Source of the DNA: Candidatus Eiseniibacteriota bacterium
GTDB taxonomy: Bacteria > Eisenbacteria > RBG-16-71-46 > JABDJR01 > JAWXBZ01
Reading direction: 5' to 3'
DNA: 54,798 nt
NCBI GenBank assembly: GCA_034440375.1
Contig: JAWXBZ010000034.1
Coordinates: 1 to 54,798 of the forward strand
Below the pieces are notes generated by a model. It was not told the origin of the DNA. It saw only the letters and a list, made by a program, of their open reading frames with translations, and made no database searches. A program made the position numbers and the translations under genes. This document shows, one piece after another, positions 46,801 to 54,798 of the stretch (the first letter of the stretch is position 1; the number at the start of each line of letters is the position of its first letter).

Positions 46801-49800
46801 ACAACCACGGAATCCGCGACCGCCAGAGCCCCGGCCGGTATTCCGACTTTCAGGCTGGAGAGTTCCGTGATCGGGAGATCAAAACTTTGCCACTCATTCG
46901 CCCGGTCGAGTGTTCGGTACACCTCGTAGGAGTTGACCGTGTCGGCATTGGCAGTCGAACTGAAGCGCAGAAAGTACTCCAGAGAGTCCGAACCGAAACT
47001 GGATGCGTCCTCCCGCAATTGCAGATAAAATTGGATCACCTGGTAGAGGGTGTAATCCTCGTCCCGCACCAGTGGTCGAAATGCCGAGACTTCCTCACCC
47101 GGATCCAGGTTCTCGATCTGCAGATTGAGTGATCGCTCCAACTCGGTGACCCGGTCGATCTTGCGCGGCTCGAACGGTGGCGTGTAGTCGTCGACATTCT
47201 GCTTGTTGTCGACCGTGGCGACGTTGAACACCTTTCGATCCATGAACTGGGTCGAGTCGGGAATGACTGCCCCGCTGGCCGATCGAATCGGTTGCCGCTC
47301 CCACCGGTTGCCGACGATATCGATCGAGACGATCTGAAACTCGGTGGTGTCGGAGAATCCGTCAAACCAGAGACGCATATGCTTGACGGTGTTCAGGTCG
47401 GGCAATCCGACCCGACGAACACTTGGATGGTTCAGCGGAATGCGCAGGAGACGCCAGCCGTTGTCCGAAGCCAGCGAACTGCCCGGATAGTCGCGTTGAA
47501 CATCGATCTCCGTGAATTCGTCCGAGCCGAGTTCGAACGTCAGCTCCAGGTAGTCGTTGAGCTGGTCGAGCGCGCTGCCATTGTCCAGGTTCTCGGTGTC
47601 GAGTCGCTGATTGCTTTCGGTGCCGTTCAGGTGGCGAAAACGAGCAATTCGGTCGGCAATCGTCCCGGCATGGTCGTCGGGATCGGCCGTGAAACTGTAG
47701 TCGTCCCCCGCCGGGTCGGTTGGGGTCGATGGAGAATACTGAGTGCTGTCCGGCCTGATGCGCTGCGCCAACTCCCCGACACTCGACAGCCCGTCCAGCC
47801 CGATGTCCTCCTCGAACGATCGCTGCCCATCCGTGTCCAGATCCTCATTATCGAGGCGACCGTTGGCCGGGTCGGGAGGTGTTCGGGGATCCCAGACCGC
47901 ATCCTCACTCACCGAGCCGATATCAATGCGGAGGAACCGTTTATCCCCCTCGTGGGCATTGATGCCATGGAACCGGTTGAAGTCATTCACCCAGATCTCC
48001 AGATACTGGGCTTCCGAGAGATCCAGTCCCGAGGGAGAAATGACATGGGTCAGACCGACCCAGCTTCGTCCCCCCTCCGGGATATTGGGATTCGGCGTCA
48101 GGATAATGCCGAGTGCGCTCAGGAAGTCATCGGACTCGAGGCCCGTCAAATCGGGTGAGAGATCCTCCCGCTGAACCTGCCGCTGCACGGAGAACCAGAG
48201 GGCCCCGAGCCGGTCGATATCGCGCAGATTGCCTTCCACCGGCCGGCTCGAGAATTGCCAGGCTTCCCGGCTGACCCCGGCCGAGTTGGTCTGGATCGAC
48301 CCTTCCATGTCATCGACGTACACATTGTTCTTGGTGTTGGGATTGGGCAGTGACACGCCAACGGCTCCGGTGAACGAAAGGTTGGACGGCGCATTGGTCG
48401 ACACGATTGGCAGGGCGTCGGCCATTCGAGTGAGCACCCACGGGCGCGTACGCCACGAACCGGAGATGTCGGCCAGAATGGTTTTCGAGGGTTCCTGCTG
48501 CAGTCGGGGACGGGTCTCGTTGGATCCCTTGGTTTCGTACAGAAAAGTGGTCGACAGGTCAAAGTCGGGCGATCCACCGTAGGTTGTCGAGAAACCCATG
48601 AGACTGCGGTTCCCCTGGGTGAAGAGCGGCGTGTACGAATAGGTGATCTGGAGGTTGCCGTTGGGATTGGTGGCCCGATCCGAAATCAGGCGAACCTGGC
48701 CGGTCTCGTAGGTGATGTTGTAGTCGACCCCGCGGACCAGGACATCACTGTCCATTCGAACCGTCTCGGAATTCTCGAGAATGCCGGGGCGGTTCAAATT
48801 GATCTCGGTGGCGAACGCCCGAAACGTACCGTCCATGAAATACTGCCGGTACTGATCCTTGACGTCGCGCTTGTCGTACAGATTGGGATTGACCTCGGCA
48901 CTCGCCTCCTCCGGCGGCAATCGCTCGTAGGTCGTCTGGGGTCCCTGACCAACGGTGCGGTAGCCAAGGGCCTTTCGGCGGAATTCGCGCCGGCTTGGGG
49001 CCCGGAACGGGCCGCCATTCAAGTCGACCGTGCCCGGATCGAACGGACGCAGATCGGGGAAAAAGAGGATGCCCGCCCGGTCGTCGATGTACTGCCGGTC
49101 GATCAGGCCATCCGGCCCCTTCTGATTGGCGGCCACCCCTTCCCTGTCGAGGCCGAATCCGGTCACGTTATTGATCAGGTCCAGGCCGCAGATTTCAAGA
49201 TAGTCGTACTCGCCCAGAGTCGAGGGGCGGGAGTTGCTCTTGCCGTTTCGAATTCTCAGGTTGAGCGTGGCCAGATCGACATCGCGCGCGCCAAGGCTGT
49301 AGACGTTCTTGGCCTCCAGCCGGCGGGTCGGCGCCCAGGGGCTGGCCAGGAGGTCATCCCCCTTGATGTCGTCCCACGCCGGCTTGATCATTTTCAGTAC
49401 CAACGGGTCACCCGGCGAACGGGTCGTGAAGAAATTGCCGACGGGCGGCGGCGGCTCGGCGTTCGCGACGCTGTAGCGAAATGAAACTCCGAGCCGATAC
49501 TCGTTGGCCAGGGTGTTCCGAAGGACGATCACGGGAAAAATGGTCCTGTCGGAGGTGACGAAGTAGTAGTCGTCATTCGGTGTCAGGCGAACGACCGTGT
49601 CCCGGACGATCAGCGTGTCGGTCGAGTCCGCATTGACCGAGAGGATTGCGTTGAAGGTTTCCCGGCCGTTCCGTCTGTCTCCCTCCGGATTTCGCGTGCT
49701 GACGAACACCTCGAGATCGGGGGCATCCACGACGTACCCCGGGAGCGAGTCGGGATCGGAGAGAAAGTAGTAGCGGCGCCGTTCGAAGTCGATGTCGTTG

Positions 49801-50756
49801 ATCTGCCCGTCGATGCCTCCGATACGGGTTTCCTGACTGCCCCCCGCAAAGGTGGCCACGTCGGCCTGCCCTTCCTGCTTGCTGGCGATGACCGCGAAAT
49901 CCCAGCTGGCCAGCCGTCCGGTCATCTTGACGCCGAAGAGCCCCTCCTGCCGCGTCGATGCCGACACGTAGGTCGAGCGCGGCAGCGTCAGATTGGTATT
50001 GCCCAGGTCGACCCGTTGGATGACGTCATCGTCGTAGCCCTGGTAGTAAATCTTGATCTGATTTTCGAGCGAGGTGGAGGCTTCACTGTTCTGGTTGATA
50101 TCGATGTGAAGCTTGTCACCGATCGTGCCGTTCAGCCGAACGTTCAGCTCCTGACGCATCTCGAGGGTCGGGAAGAGCGAGCGGCGCCGCCCTTCGGTCA
50201 GGACCAGGGGCGAACGCCAGTTCGAGGTGCCGCCGATCGTGATTCGCTCGCTGCCCGAAATCCGGAGATTGGGCGCTCCTTCCCCGAACACGCTGGCGGC
50301 GAATCCGGGAAGCTCGAAGGGGAGATCGAGATTCAACAGTCCCCCCTGCGCCCGGCGTTGACCCGCCAGGGACGGATCGCCCTTCAGGGTGCGGAGCGTT
50401 TCCGCGCGCCAGGCCCGGGCGAACTGCATCTCCAGGCCGTCATGCGCATACTCCGCCGTGGTGTAGTAGCGCGGTGGCAGGATGGAAATGTCCTGCAACT
50501 GTCGGGTTGCCACCAGCAGGCCGAGCTTCGGATCGACGCCCACCTGGTCCACGTATCCACCGCGGAGGGACCGCAGGGACAGGCGCTCCGAGTAGTAGAT
50601 CCCCTCAGACCAGCGCGTGCTCCAGAGGTCGTCCCAGGGCGTTTGTCGACGCCAGTTCAGCGGCTCGAAACTGCCGGACAACGGCTCGTCAGCCCTGGCG
50701 GGAAGGGCGAGGAGCGTGACGAGGAGCAGAAGCGCCGTTCGGTAGCGATGGAGCAA
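43869..50756 (-). CDS. sprA: SprA/Sov-family outer-membrane translocon (T9SS), 2295 aa
   Basis: Signal peptide; GTIGDKL, NQIKIYYQGYDDDVIQRVDLGN, GLFGVK, YLEIWV, VKHMRLW, VWFNELRL; many amphipathic beta strands; C-terminal Phe. Confidence 0.9.
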   Translation of the reverse strand: MLHRYRTALLLLVTLLALPARADEPLSGSFEPLNWRRQTPWDDLWSTRWSEGIYYSERLSLRSLRGGYVDQVGVDPKLGLLVATRQLQDISILPPRYYTTAEYAHDGLEMQFARAWRAETLRTLKGDPSLAGQRRAQGGLLNLDLPFELPGFAASVFGEGAPNLRISGSERITIGGTSNWRSPLVLTEGRRRSLFPTLEMRQELNVRLNGTIGDKLHIDINQNSEASTSLENQIKIYYQGYDDDVIQRVDLGNTNLTLPRSTYVSASTRQEGLFGVKMTGRLASWDFAVIASKQEGQADVATFAGGSQETRIGGIDGQINDIDFERRRYYFLSDPDSLPGYVVDAPDLEVFVSTRNPEGDRRNGRETFNAILSVNADSTDTLIVRDTVVRLTPNDDYYFVTSDRTIFPVIVLRNTLANEYRLGVSFRYSVANAEPPPPVGNFFTTRSPGDPLVLKMIKPAWDDIKGDDLLASPWAPTRRLEAKNVYSLGARDVDLATLNLRIRNGKSNSRPSTLGEYDYLEICGLDLINNVTGFGLDREGVAANQKGPDGLIDRQYIDDRAGILFFPDLRPFDPGTVDLNGGPFRAPSRREFRRKALGYRTVGQGPQTTYERLPPEEASAEVNPNLYDKRDVKDQYRQYFMDGTFRAFATEINLNRPGILENSETVRMDSDVLVRGVDYNITYETGQVRLISDRATNPNGNLQITYSYTPLFTQGNRSLMGFSTTYGGSPDFDLSTTFLYETKGSNETRPRLQQEPSKTILADISGSWRTRPWVLTRMADALPIVSTNAPSNLSFTGAVGVSLPNPNTKNNVYVDDMEGSIQTNSAGVSREAWQFSSRPVEGNLRDIDRLGALWFSVQRQVQREDLSPDLTGLESDDFLSALGIILTPNPNIPEGGRSWVGLTHVISPSGLDLSEAQYLEIWVNDFNRFHGINAHEGDKRFLRIDIGSVSEDAVWDPRTPPDPANGRLDNEDLDTDGQRSFEEDIGLDGLSSVGELAQRIRPDSTQYSPSTPTDPAGDDYSFTADPDDHAGTIADRIARFRHLNGTESNQRLDTENLDNGSALDQLNDYLELTFELGSDEFTEIDVQRDYPGSSLASDNGWRLLRIPLNHPSVRRVGLPDLNTVKHMRLWFDGFSDTTEFQIVSIDIVGNRWERQPIRSASGAVIPDSTQFMDRKVFNVATVDNKQNVDDYTPPFEPRKIDRVTELERSLNLQIENLDPGEEVSAFRPLVRDEDYTLYQVIQFYLQLREDASSFGSDSLEYFLRFSSTANADTVNSYEVYRTLDRANEWQSFDLPITELSSLKVGIPAGALAVADSVVVDTMISNGWRARIYGQPSFSQLRRLQVGLRNIGSQRIAKREVWFNELRLGEVRRDNGLAGRGAVSFNMGDLATVSTAIDRRNADFLTLGQSRGNGISTQSLTFSSTANLDKLTPGANLQLPLSFDYRNSRNVPKFRANNDIVFDGDGSGLDITQTSSRAVNLSVRRLSNQYTPWIVRNTIDALSLRFGANRTYNRATTSIDSSQGVSAGATWGMHIANPIGLPLPGRWKLTVFPENVSTSYTVQEQKSVNYVRDAADPDNPRKLRETKLKNEGLGFQSSWRPLPPVTFTLTSQRDLSDLNFSRFVIDDGTNYRPALKIGGIDLGREVSRSERLTFSQSLNLTSFFRPRLSWTGEYNENHGAEITTSTDIANADNPDTGRVVPPDLKNVENRSSTQVSWTIPMAALFRKLATPGKAAVKTPPPAGGADATPDAMKPPLTLPPQVVTPIPDNRPAAGDSTQPGLGNGSGLDTLGVGGIPSNEISAGGATGEPPATPVPTDPRMIEKQKKAAEEAAKEEAERLRKEDDQRRKDAVAEAKRQAEDEKRAREDAERDRKKEAERLKEMKKKEDSRGGIGGQKRKNDPPAADSTTTPGTVDRSDDTVAAGAAPDTTALPPGVSPTEAGVKPTPPGALSRARTEEEARRRTEDAERKAEEERRRREAEAERARKAAAPPPTLGSVLFRDLIQIGDIRTNFNLSDRNSANRVHGSPSIPFRLGLSDQLDGVEQADNSTVSSTVTKSASGNSAVTFLRDIAVDANFQYTESEQENNRAVSRSSSTIWPGLRMNLNSLEKKLHLTRFFTSFTASSGYEKRSEEQGTASNPRERVTSTSSWRPLLQFDANWRNGVRTQFSADHSSTISESNTGGQTTAGLVTTRTSDAYRLTLAKSLNMRSGGRGGVRNTIDLNFDFTYNKDSTLNDYVSSTDVRNRTDNLQGRFSTSYRFTTNVSGSMQLNYTQRRDLQARTADRTLGLQATAAITF

Positions 50757-50827
50757 TCCGTACCTCGTCTTCCCGCGAATCCCGGCTGCACGGCCCCGTC
50801 CGTGGCAGGCTGCTGCCGCATCCTCTG

Positions 50828-50852
50828 TAAGTATCTATTTTTCAGAAAGTTA
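50828..50852. promoter_or_regulatory. 25-bp AT-rich IHF-like site (copy 3) overlapping the sprA -10/TSS
   Basis: TAAGTATCTATTTTTCAGAAAGTTA. Confidence 0.45.
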
Positions 50853-50875
50853 GCAGAGCACTTTGGCAGTGTCAA
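50847..50875 (-). promoter_or_regulatory. sigma70 promoter of sprA
   Basis: TTGACA-N17-TAACTT with extended TG. Confidence 0.75.
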
Positions 50876-50888
50876 ACGGTGGTGCGCG

Positions 50889-50917
50889 TTGTGCCCACGA
50901 GGGAGCCACCTTATACT
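50889..50917 (+). promoter_or_regulatory. sigma70 promoter of lptFG-thiE
   Basis: TTGTGC-N17-TATACT. Confidence 0.65.
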
Positions 50918-51031
50918 GCCGCATCGCCGGGACACCGCTCCCGACGCCCATGCGGTCCGGGTCGCCGGTACGGCCATGACCCGGAAAATCAGCGGTGGAA
51001 CCGGGGTAAGCGCTTTCAGTTTCAACTTTTT

Positions 51032-52384
51032 ATGCGAATTCTCGAACGATACGTCCTGAAGGAACACATCCTGCCGTTTCTGCTCGGATACAGCGTGGTG
51101 ACGCTGGTCATTGTCCTTGATTTTCTCTTTGATTATCTGAATTTGATCGTCAGCAAGGGGGTTCCCCCCTTTGCCGTTCTCAAGCTTTTTCTCCTGGCCC
51201 TGGGATGGATCACCGTCCTGTCCTTTCCCTGCGGCGTCCTGGTTGCCTGCCTCATGACCTTCGGAAGAATGTCCCAGGACAACGAGATAACCGCCCTCCG
51301 GGCGTCGGGGGTGCCGGTCAGCCGGTTGCTCATCCCGGTCCTGGTCGCCGCCTCGATTCTCGGGGTGGGACTCGGCCTGTTCAACAATTATGTCCTCCCG
51401 GAAACCAACCACGCCTTCGCCACCCTGAACCTTGCCATCAGTCGAAAATCCCCTACCGCGTACATTCGCGAAGGGGTCTTCATCGACGATTATCCGGACA
51501 TGAGTCTGCTGGTCGGGTCGGTTGACAACAAGAAGGGGCTGCTCCGAGACGTCACGATCTATGACTTCAGCCAGGGCGACATTCCCGTGACCATCCTGGC
51601 CAGGACGGGCCAGACCCGTCACAGCGCCGACGGCTCCACGCTTCAGATCGACCTGTACGAGGGTGAAATTCACGAGGTGCCCTCGGACGGCGATGCGCGA
51701 AAGTATCGTCGACTCGCTTTTGATCATCACGTCATCGTGCTTCACAACCCGGGGGCGGCGCTTGAGATTCCCGACCGGGACTCACGATCGGAGCGCGAAA
51801 TGAACCTGAAGGCGCTCGGCGCCGAAATCAACCGGCTGGACGGGACGGCGCGCGAGCGTGAGCATCAACTCAATGCCGATCTCGACAGTCTCGGATTCGA
51901 CGACTTCGCCAGCTTTGAACGGCGGGTACTCCCCCCCAGGGCGACCACCGGACTCTCCGCGGTCATCGCGGCCCTGGGCGGTCCGGGGCCGGGCCTTCGC
52001 CCGGGCGAAAATCATGTCGATCTTCCCGAGCCGGACCGTGACCGGTTGCTGACCCGGCAGCGCGACCTCACGCTGCTCACCAAGAAGATCAACAGCCACG
52101 TCGTCGAAGTGCACAAGAAATACTCAATCCCCTTCGCGTGCCTCGTCTTCGTTCTGCTGGGCGCCCCCCTGGGCATGCGGGCCCGCCGGGGCGGACTCGC
52201 CACCAGCGCCATCAGCATCGTCGTCTTCATCGTCTACTATCTGCTGCTCATCGGGGGCGAGCAGCTGGCCGACCGGTCGGTGGTGCCTCCGGCGCTGGCC
52301 ATGTGGCTTCCCAATATCGTCTTCGGAATTCCGGGAGTCTGGCTCACCTGGCAGGCCATTCGGGGAACGGACGAACGACGGTGA
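51032..52384 (+). CDS. lptF: LPS export ABC permease LptF
   Basis: MRILERYVLKE, FGRMSQDNEITALRASG, beta-jellyroll region, VEVHKKYSIPFAC, AMWLPN. Confidence 0.9.
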   Translation: MRILERYVLKEHILPFLLGYSVVTLVIVLDFLFDYLNLIVSKGVPPFAVLKLFLLALGWITVLSFPCGVLVACLMTFGRMSQDNEITALRASGVPVSRLLIPVLVAASILGVGLGLFNNYVLPETNHAFATLNLAISRKSPTAYIREGVFIDDYPDMSLLVGSVDNKKGLLRDVTIYDFSQGDIPVTILARTGQTRHSADGSTLQIDLYEGEIHEVPSDGDARKYRRLAFDHHVIVLHNPGAALEIPDRDSRSEREMNLKALGAEINRLDGTAREREHQLNADLDSLGFDDFASFERRVLPPRATTGLSAVIAALGGPGPGLRPGENHVDLPEPDRDRLLTRQRDLTLLTKKINSHVVEVHKKYSIPFACLVFVLLGAPLGMRARRGGLATSAISIVVFIVYYLLLIGGEQLADRSVVPPALAMWLPNIVFGIPGVWLTWQAIRGTDERR

Positions 52385-53463
52385 TCGGACGCCAGCTCGA
52401 CCGCTACATCCTGAGACAGGTCGTTCCGGCCTACCTGATGGGCGTGCTCGGGTTCGCCCTGTTCTTCGTCATCGCCAACGCGTTCGAGAAAATCGACGTC
52501 TTCGTCGACAATCACACGGCCATCGGCCTGATCATTCGCTATTACGCGGTGGACAGCATTTACAATATCGTGCTGGTGTCGCCGATCGCATTCCTCCTGG
52601 CCATCTTTCTCGTCTTTGGCCAGATGACTCGCTACAACGAAGTCACCGCCATGAAAACGGCCGGCCTCTCCCTCTACCGGATATTCATTCCGGTCTTTCT
52701 GGTCGGGCTCCTTATCAGCGCGGCCTGCTGGTGGGTTGGCGACGCCGTCATGCCCGGGGCCAACAAGGAGAAGAAGGCCATCTACAACGAGAAGATACGC
52801 GGGCGGGCTCCGCGGACCGGTGGCATCCGCATGAACCTGAATTACCTCGGGCCCGACGGGCGAATCTGGGCCATTCGCCGATTTGACGGGCGGCGTCGGG
52901 AAATGCAGGAGCTCGTGTTGCAGGTATTTGAACAGGGCCAGATCGTCCGGAGGATCGATGCGCGAAGCGCCTCCTGGCAGGAAGACCATTGGATCTTCCG
53001 TGATGGAGTCGTGCGAACCTTCGCGGAAACCGGCGAGACGGCGGCGCCGTTCGACTCCACCCGTCTCGTCGAACTGACTGAAACCCCCGAAGACCTGTCG
53101 CGGGACGAGGCCGACCCTGCCCAGATGTCTTCGGCGGAACTTGGCACGTTCATCAAGCGCCTCGGTCAGAGCGGGCGACCCACGGCCAAGTACGAAACCG
53201 ATCGCCACCTGAAGCTTGCCTACCCGCTGGTCAATTTCATGGTGGCTCTCCTGGCGCTTCCCCTGGCCACGCGGCTCCGCCGGGGCGGCATCGCCATCGG
53301 CTTCGCCTTCTCCTTCATCCTCTTCCTCGTCAATATCGCGATGGTCCGCTTCGGGCAGATCCTTGGGCACAATGGCCAGATCCCGCCACTGGTTGCGGCC
53401 TGGATGGGCAACGTCATTTTTGCGATCGCCGGAACGATCCTCCTGATCCGGGTTCCGAAATAG
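52381..53463 (+). CDS. lptG: LPS export ABC permease LptG
   Basis: LDRYILRQ, NEVTAMKTAGLSLYR, KLAYPL, AAWMGN; GTG start overlaps the lptF stop. Confidence 0.9.
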   Translation: MIGRQLDRYILRQVVPAYLMGVLGFALFFVIANAFEKIDVFVDNHTAIGLIIRYYAVDSIYNIVLVSPIAFLLAIFLVFGQMTRYNEVTAMKTAGLSLYRIFIPVFLVGLLISAACWWVGDAVMPGANKEKKAIYNEKIRGRAPRTGGIRMNLNYLGPDGRIWAIRRFDGRRREMQELVLQVFEQGQIVRRIDARSASWQEDHWIFRDGVVRTFAETGETAAPFDSTRLVELTETPEDLSRDEADPAQMSSAELGTFIKRLGQSGRPTAKYETDRHLKLAYPLVNFMVALLALPLATRLRRGGIAIGFAFSFILFLVNIAMVRFGQILGHNGQIPPLVAAWMGNVIFAIAGTILLIRVPK

Positions 53464-53465
53464 TC

Positions 53466-54098
53466 ATGCACGACGGGTTTGATCCGACCCTCTACGCCAT
53501 CCTGGACTTAACGCCCGACGGGCCCATGATCGGCATCGACCGCGCGTGTCACGCGGTGACCGGGGGCGTGACGCTGTTTCAGTTGCGCGGGAAGGGAGTC
53601 CCCGCACGCCGCCTCTGGACTTTGGCCAGGGAAATGGTGCGTCAGCTCAGCCCGCTCGGCGTTCCGCTCATCGTGAATGATCGGGCCGACGTGGCGCGCG
53701 CCGCCGGAGCGCAGGGTGTCCATCTCGGTCAGTCGGATCTTCCGGCGGTGCTCGTGCGGCGGGCGTGGCCGGAAGCCATCATTGGCGTCAGCATTCACAA
53801 CATGAGCGATCTGGAGGCAGCCCGAATCGCCGGCGCCTCGTACGTGGCTTCGGGATCCCTGTTCGCTACCGGTACCAAGCCCGACGCGACACCGCTGACC
53901 GGTGAGATGCTCAGGTCACTGGCGGCGGCCGCCGACAGACCCCTGGTTGCCATCGGCGGTATCACGCTGGAGAACGCGGCGATCGCCGCGGAACTCGGAG
54001 CTGATGGAATCGCAGTGATCTCGGGGCTCTGGAGCGCTCCCGACGTGGCGTTACGGGCCGGCGCGCTTCGCGCCGCCTTCGAATCGGGTCGGGGCTAG
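53466..54098 (+). CDS. thiE: Thiamine-phosphate synthase
   Basis: QLRGK, LIVNDRAD, GVHLGQSD, GVSIH, TGTKPD, VAIGGI, AVIS. Confidence 0.93.
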   Translation: MHDGFDPTLYAILDLTPDGPMIGIDRACHAVTGGVTLFQLRGKGVPARRLWTLAREMVRQLSPLGVPLIVNDRADVARAAGAQGVHLGQSDLPAVLVRRAWPEAIIGVSIHNMSDLEAARIAGASYVASGSLFATGTKPDATPLTGEMLRSLAAAADRPLVAIGGITLENAAIAAELGADGIAVISGLWSAPDVALRAGALRAAFESGRG

Positions 54099-54607
54099 CG
54101 CAGGCGAAGGGTCCGGTAAAGCCAGGCCCCGAAATTGACCGCCACGAGCGCGGCTGGAATGTCGGTCCCGATCCTGGACTCGTCCACGGCGTCGCCGCTC
54201 AAGACAAGCAGGCCTGAAAAACCCAGATCCAGTGCGGGACGAATCTCCGAGTCATAGTCATCGCCGACTACGAGGATCGCGGCGCCGGTCGCCAGACCCA
54301 GGTCCGCCGCCGCCGTTCGAAGCAGGGCCTCCCTCGAAGGCGGGGCCGAATCCGGTCGCGCCTCCGCACGGGGATCCGGAGCGATCGAGGCCGACACCCG
54401 GATTTCGTCCGGGTCGATGGAAAATCCAAACCCGCCGAGCTCACCCGCCAGGACTTCTCGCGAGGCCGGCGTCGCGTCGGCCAGAACCCGGAAGGGGCAT
54501 CCCATCGCGCGCAGCCGGACAATTGCCTCGATCGATCCGTCAATCGGCGCTCCTTCCGACACCAGCACGCCCTCAAGGGCCAGAAGAAACCCCGCCGGAA
54601 GCGCCAT
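54095..54607 (-). CDS. Degenerate, capless HAD-IIA (NagD/LHPP-like) protein
   Basis: The core aligns with HAD-IIA (FLLALEGVL, EAIVRLR, GFSIDPDEI, VVGDDYDSEI, LLVLSG), but the catalytic residues are replaced. Confidence 0.65.
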   Translation of the reverse strand: MALPAGFLLALEGVLVSEGAPIDGSIEAIVRLRAMGCPFRVLADATPASREVLAGELGGFGFSIDPDEIRVSASIAPDPRAEARPDSAPPSREALLRTAAADLGLATGAAILVVGDDYDSEIRPALDLGFSGLLVLSGDAVDESRIGTDIPAALVAVNFGAWLYRTLRLR

Positions 54608-54798
54608 CAACTCGGCCCGGAAGATCCGGCGGCCGACGCACCGACGACGATCCGACCATCGATCATCTCGGGGACAAAATCGAGCGCATCGACATCGCCG
54701 GCCGGCCCCAGGTCGGCGGCGAATCCGATCGCGGCCAGGTACCGGCCATGCGCGGACCGGCCAAGCAGTCCGGGAATGTCGAACTCGTGACGTTCGAA
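54607..54798 (-). CDS. comB: 3' end of a 2-phosphosulfolactate phosphatase (ComB)-like gene
   Basis: Hand translation: ...LLGRSAHGRYLAAIGFAADL...DVDALDFVPEMIDGRI..., stop at 54607-54609 overlapping the next ATG. Confidence 0.65.
   Translation of the reverse strand, partial: FERHEFDIPGLLGRSAHGRYLAAIGFAADLGPAGDVDALDFVPEMIDGRIVVGASAAGSSGPS

Noticed and set aside
51790-52090. ~90-aa helical insertion in LptF
   Set aside because: Enlarged periplasmic regions are usual for FCB-group LptF, so it is not considered novel.
53440-53466. TPP riboswitch upstream of thiE
   Set aside because: thiE starts 2 nt after the lptG stop, leaving no room and showing no motif.
1-54798. CRISPR arrays, tRNA/rRNA, IS elements, prophage or defence islands
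   Set aside because: No regularly spaced repeats, cloverleafs, transposase/integrase or phage motifs were seen; the NTase lacks CBASS-type or toxin-antitoxin neighbours.

Overview
GC-rich bacterial chromosomal region, mostly transcribed on the minus strand. The sprA gene and FCB-type lptF suggest an FCB-superphylum lineage; this is inference only. From right to left the window holds: the 3' end of a comB-like gene and a degenerate HAD gene; lptF-lptG-thiE, divergent from sprA (T9SS translocon) and an M28/glutaminyl-cyclase-like gene; the rimP-nusA-infB-DUF503-rbfA-truB-ribF-rpsO-pnp cluster; M16 peptidase, dut, DUF3108 and a conserved hypothetical gene; a ~19 kb Wzx/Wzy-type glycan cluster; a ptsN/zinc-ribbon/thrC/GAF-PP2C (frameshifted)/ECF sigma/ZAS operon; an ADP-forming acyl-CoA ligase; suhB; and a sigma54 activator with a pseudo-receiver upstream of a sigma54-driven ZU5-like lipoprotein. 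The glycan cluster encodes OPX, a co-polymerase, a BY pseudokinase, a nucleotidyltransferase + AlkP pair, Wzx, two flippase-like proteins, a GT-C-like protein, Wzy, GT2, a B12 radical SAM enzyme, a priming transferase and two GT4s. The most notable unannotated signals are two long structured RNAs, each running from a promoter to a terminator ahead of a glycan-cluster transcription unit (one is a 6S-like rod), the glycan-modification modules, and a ~260-aa Pro-rich/charged-helix insertion in SprA. No CRISPR, tRNA, rRNA or mobile element was seen. All assignments come from motif recognition by eye; no database searches were run.
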